NCBI GenBank assembly: GCA_018971685.1
Contig: JAGXAG010000003.1
Location: forward strand, 24,366 to 88,365
Length of the DNA stretch: 64,000 nucleotides
Direction: 5' to 3'
Origin: Patescibacteria group bacterium
GTDB lineage: Bacteria > Patescibacteriota > Minisyncoccia > Phycocordibacterales > PALSA-1337
Shown here: in pieces, positions 60,916 through 64,000 of the stretch
Position numbering within the stretch: position 1 is the first letter of the stretch
How the letters are laid out: each line of letters begins with the position of its first letter
Notes under the pieces: generated by a model
Database searches by the model: none
Seen by the model: the letters and a program-made list of their open reading frames with translations, nothing else
What the model was told of the DNA's origin: nothing
Made by a program: the position numbers and the translations under genes

Positions 60916-63042
60916 ATGAAATCACCGTTCAAAATCGCCACTATCCTAAAGCCTGCAGGCGACCAGCCGAAAGCTATTTCAGCGTTGAATGAAGGGCTGG
61001 CGAAAAAGCTGGGCCGTCAAACACTTTTGGGCGTAACGGGATCGGGAAAAACATTCACTATGGCGAATGTTATCGCTGATTACGGCAAGCCGGCCTTGGT
61101 CATCGCGCACAACAAGACCCTGGCGGCGCAGTTGGCGCAGGAATACCGTGAATTTTTTCCCGATAATGCGGTGCATTATTTCGTATCGTATTACGATTAC
61201 TATCAGCCCGAAGCATACATACCTTCGTCGGATACATACATCGAAAAAGAGGCGATGATCAATGAAGAAATAGAACGGTTAAGGCACGCTTCGACGCAGG
61301 CTCTTCTTACCCGCAAAGATGTGATTATTGTGGCGTCCGTTTCGTGCATCTACGGTTTGGGCAGTCCCGAAGAATATGAAAAGGTCAATTTGAAGCTGTC
61401 AGTCGGCACTGAATTGTCGCGCGCCGAACTTGTTCGAAAATTGATAAATATTCACTTCGAGCGCACCAACGCGGACTTGAATTCTGGTCAATTCAGGGCT
61501 GTCGGTAATACCGTCGAAATCATGCCCGTAAATGACAGAACGATTTACAGAATTTCCTATAACCACGCGTCCGCGACGACCACCCCGACCGTCGCAGCGG
61601 GGCCGCATGTTTCCCGACATGAGCGAGGAATGATAGACGGCGGTGGCAACCACATAAGTGAAATCATGGAACTCGATCCCGTATCGAGGTCAGTCCGCGG
61701 CAATCACGAGACGGTATTTATTTTTCCCGCCAAGCATTTCATTTCCAACGAAGATCAAAACAAACGAGCATTCGAGACCATCAAAGCGGAATTGGCGGAC
61801 AGGCTTAAAATCCTGGAAAAGAAAGGCAAACTTTTGGAGGCGGAACGGTTGAGAAGGCGTGTGAAATACGATTTGTCAATGATACGCGAGATCGGCTATA
61901 CGAACGGGATCGAAAATTATTCGCGCCACTTCAGTGGCAAGATGTCTGGGGAGCCGCCGTACACCTTGCTGTCATATTTTCCCCATGACAAGAACGGTGA
62001 ACCAAACTTTCTGACCATTGTGGACGAGTCGCATGTAACTGTACCGCAATTGAACGGCATGTACGCCGGCGATGCCAGCCGCAAAGAGACATTGGTAGAA
62101 CACGGATTTAGACTGCCGTCAGCTAAAGACAACCGGCCACTCAAATTCAATGAGTTCCTAGAAAGAGTGGGGCCTATGATATTCACTTCGGCGACGCCGG
62201 GGGATTATGAGCGTAAGGAATCGCAACAAATAATTGAACAGGTTATCCGTCCTACGGGATTGGTGGATCCTGAAGTGAATATTAGGCCTATAAAGGAGAA
62301 GGGAAAATACAAAGGCCAGATATTCGACTTCATAGACGAAGCAGAGAAGACCATAAAGAAAGGTGACAGGGTATTGGCGACAACGCTGACGAAGAAGATG
62401 GCAGAAGACCTGGCTGAATTCTTAAAGGAAAAGAAAATAAAGGCGGCGTACCTCCATAGCGACATTAAGACGATAGAGCGTATCAACATCCTTACGGACT
62501 TCAGGAAGGGCAAGCACGACATTCTGGTGGGCGTGAATCTCTTGCGCGAAGGCCTGGACCTGCCGGAAGTGTCGCTCATAGGTATATTGGACGCCGACAA
62601 GGAGGGCTTCCTGCGCTCGGAGACAAGCTTGATTCAGACCATCGGCCGTGCGGCCCGCAATGCCGCCGGTCGAGTCATTCTATACGCCGACAATATGACC
62701 GGTTCCATGGAGGCGGCCATAGGCGAAACCAATCGCCGCCGAGCCATCCAAACGGCCTACAACACGGAACACGGCATCACGCCCAAGACTATACACAAGA
62801 AGATTCATGACATCACCGACCAGCTCCGCACTGAGCACGACAAGACTGTAGGTGAGATGATGCGCATAGACGAGGAGCTATTTCGTACCGATCCAAAGAA
62901 GCTCATCCGCATGAAGGAGGAGCAGATGGCCGAGGCTGTCAAGGGGTTAGATTTCGAAACGGCGGCACTCGTCAGAGATGAATTGTTCAAGCTACAGGAG
63001 AAGATGATGATTGGTAAAAATAAGAAAGCAAAGTCTGTATGA
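60916..63042 (+). CDS. uvrB: Excinuclease ABC subunit B
   Basis: PAGDQP, LGVTGSGKT, YYDYYQPEAY, GIENYSRH, DESH, NLLREGLDLPEV, QTIGRAARN, UVR domain. Confidence 0.97.
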   Translation: MKSPFKIATILKPAGDQPKAISALNEGLAKKLGRQTLLGVTGSGKTFTMANVIADYGKPALVIAHNKTLAAQLAQEYREFFPDNAVHYFVSYYDYYQPEAYIPSSDTYIEKEAMINEEIERLRHASTQALLTRKDVIIVASVSCIYGLGSPEEYEKVNLKLSVGTELSRAELVRKLINIHFERTNADLNSGQFRAVGNTVEIMPVNDRTIYRISYNHASATTTPTVAAGPHVSRHERGMIDGGGNHISEIMELDPVSRSVRGNHETVFIFPAKHFISNEDQNKRAFETIKAELADRLKILEKKGKLLEAERLRRRVKYDLSMIREIGYTNGIENYSRHFSGKMSGEPPYTLLSYFPHDKNGEPNFLTIVDESHVTVPQLNGMYAGDASRKETLVEHGFRLPSAKDNRPLKFNEFLERVGPMIFTSATPGDYERKESQQIIEQVIRPTGLVDPEVNIRPIKEKGKYKGQIFDFIDEAEKTIKKGDRVLATTLTKKMAEDLAEFLKEKKIKAAYLHSDIKTIERINILTDFRKGKHDILVGVNLLREGLDLPEVSLIGILDADKEGFLRSETSLIQTIGRAARNAAGRVILYADNMTGSMEAAIGETNRRRAIQTAYNTEHGITPKTIHKKIHDITDQLRTEHDKTVGEMMRIDEELFRTDPKKLIRMKEEQMAEAVKGLDFETAALVRDELFKLQEKMMIGKNKKAKSV

Positions 63043-63129
63043 ATAAAGATACACTTTGGTATTAGAGGTGATACCGTCATCCACAGCCGTAGGCGTGCTT
63101 GGCGGGCGTATTCGAGGTAGAATAGGAGC

Positions 63130-63951
63130 ATGGCGAATGATATAAAAAGCCGCAAAATTGCCGACGCGCAGAATACGGCACAGAAAATACTAATAATAAC
63201 GGGCGATGGGGCATTCGGCGAGCGATTACAGAGGACACTCTATGACGGCGGGTACTCTATAACACTGGTCAAGAACGGTGCTGATGCGCTTAAGGTCATC
63301 ATAGACACGATGCCCCATCTTGTGCTCTTGGATATCGTGGTTCCTGGTACAGACGGTTACGGCATACTGGCCGAGAAACAAGCTGAACCAATGCTTGCCA
63401 AGATTCCTGTTTTCTTGATGTCGGCTCAAGGTATGCCTATCAACATCGCGCGTTTGCCACATAACAGCGTCACTGAGTTTATTGTGGCAATACATGCCGA
63501 TCCCAATGATATTATGAAGCGCATAGATCGTTATTTCGGTCGCGACCGCAGACAGGCCAAAGATCTTCCTAAGATGATTACAAACGGCAAAAAAATATTA
63601 TGGGTTGAAGATGATAGGCTTATAGGCAACATTTTAGGCAAAAAATTCATATCTTCCGGTTTTGATCTGGTACACACCAAAAATGGCGATGAAACCATGG
63701 AAGAATTGGAAAAATTTACACCGGATGCTCTTGTTGTAGATTTGTTATTACCCGGGATGAGCGGCTTTGAGATCTTACAGAAAGTCAAAATGGATGAATC
63801 GCTGAAAAAGATCCCGGTGATGGTACTCTCTAATCTTTCCAAACCTTCCGACATCGAAAAGGCGCGCGTTCTGGGCGCCCAAAAATTCCTGGTTAAAGCC
63901 GCCGTTTCGCTCGACCAGATCGTAAGCGAAGTCATGAGCATGTGCAAATAA
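63130..63951 (+). CDS. Tandem receiver-domain protein without output domain
   Basis: REC1 (ILIITGD, LLDIVVP..DG, degenerate) and REC2 (WVEDD, VDLLLPGMSG, LSN, LVK). Confidence 0.88.
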   Translation: MANDIKSRKIADAQNTAQKILIITGDGAFGERLQRTLYDGGYSITLVKNGADALKVIIDTMPHLVLLDIVVPGTDGYGILAEKQAEPMLAKIPVFLMSAQGMPINIARLPHNSVTEFIVAIHADPNDIMKRIDRYFGRDRRQAKDLPKMITNGKKILWVEDDRLIGNILGKKFISSGFDLVHTKNGDETMEELEKFTPDALVVDLLLPGMSGFEILQKVKMDESLKKIPVMVLSNLSKPSDIEKARVLGAQKFLVKAAVSLDQIVSEVMSMCK

Positions 63952-64000
63952 ACACTTCGTGCGCTAATATAATGACACGATCATGGTCATCGCCATCGCC

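Overview
Chromosomal segment of a small-genome bacterium, most likely Patescibacteria/CPR (Parcubacteria-like). This is inferred from the compact housekeeping gene order, tandem VirB2-like pilins, LVIVD pilin and apparently leaderless promoters. The standard genetic code fits (TGA is used as stop). Core genes: gyrB, rpoD, hisS, aspS, ftsA/ftsZ, rpsU, lepB, pth, rpsA, gyrA, mraZ-rsmH-ftsL-ftsI-murF, rpiB-rpe-tkt, uvrB, tRNA-Thr and tRNA-Glu. Accessory loci: a type IV pilus locus, a GH130/PMM operon, an OmpR-type two-component system, a six-gene VirB2-like pilin array and orphan genes. The strongest unannotated signal is three near-identical promoter modules. Each has six GT(C/T/A)AT pentamers at exact 11-bp spacing, followed 10 nt later by a TAnnnT -10 element (pho-box architecture). 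They precede pilB, the major pilin and the sensor kinase, which suggests a two-component-controlled pilus regulon whose regulator gene sits directly behind ftsZ. Other notable items: a single-chain mitochondrial-type PheRS, an apparently catalytically dead HisRS paralogue, a dispersed REP-like palindrome family, heptamer repeats that enter coding sequence, and a murF gene whose stop codon lies inside tRNA-Glu. All calls are by eye; no searches were run.
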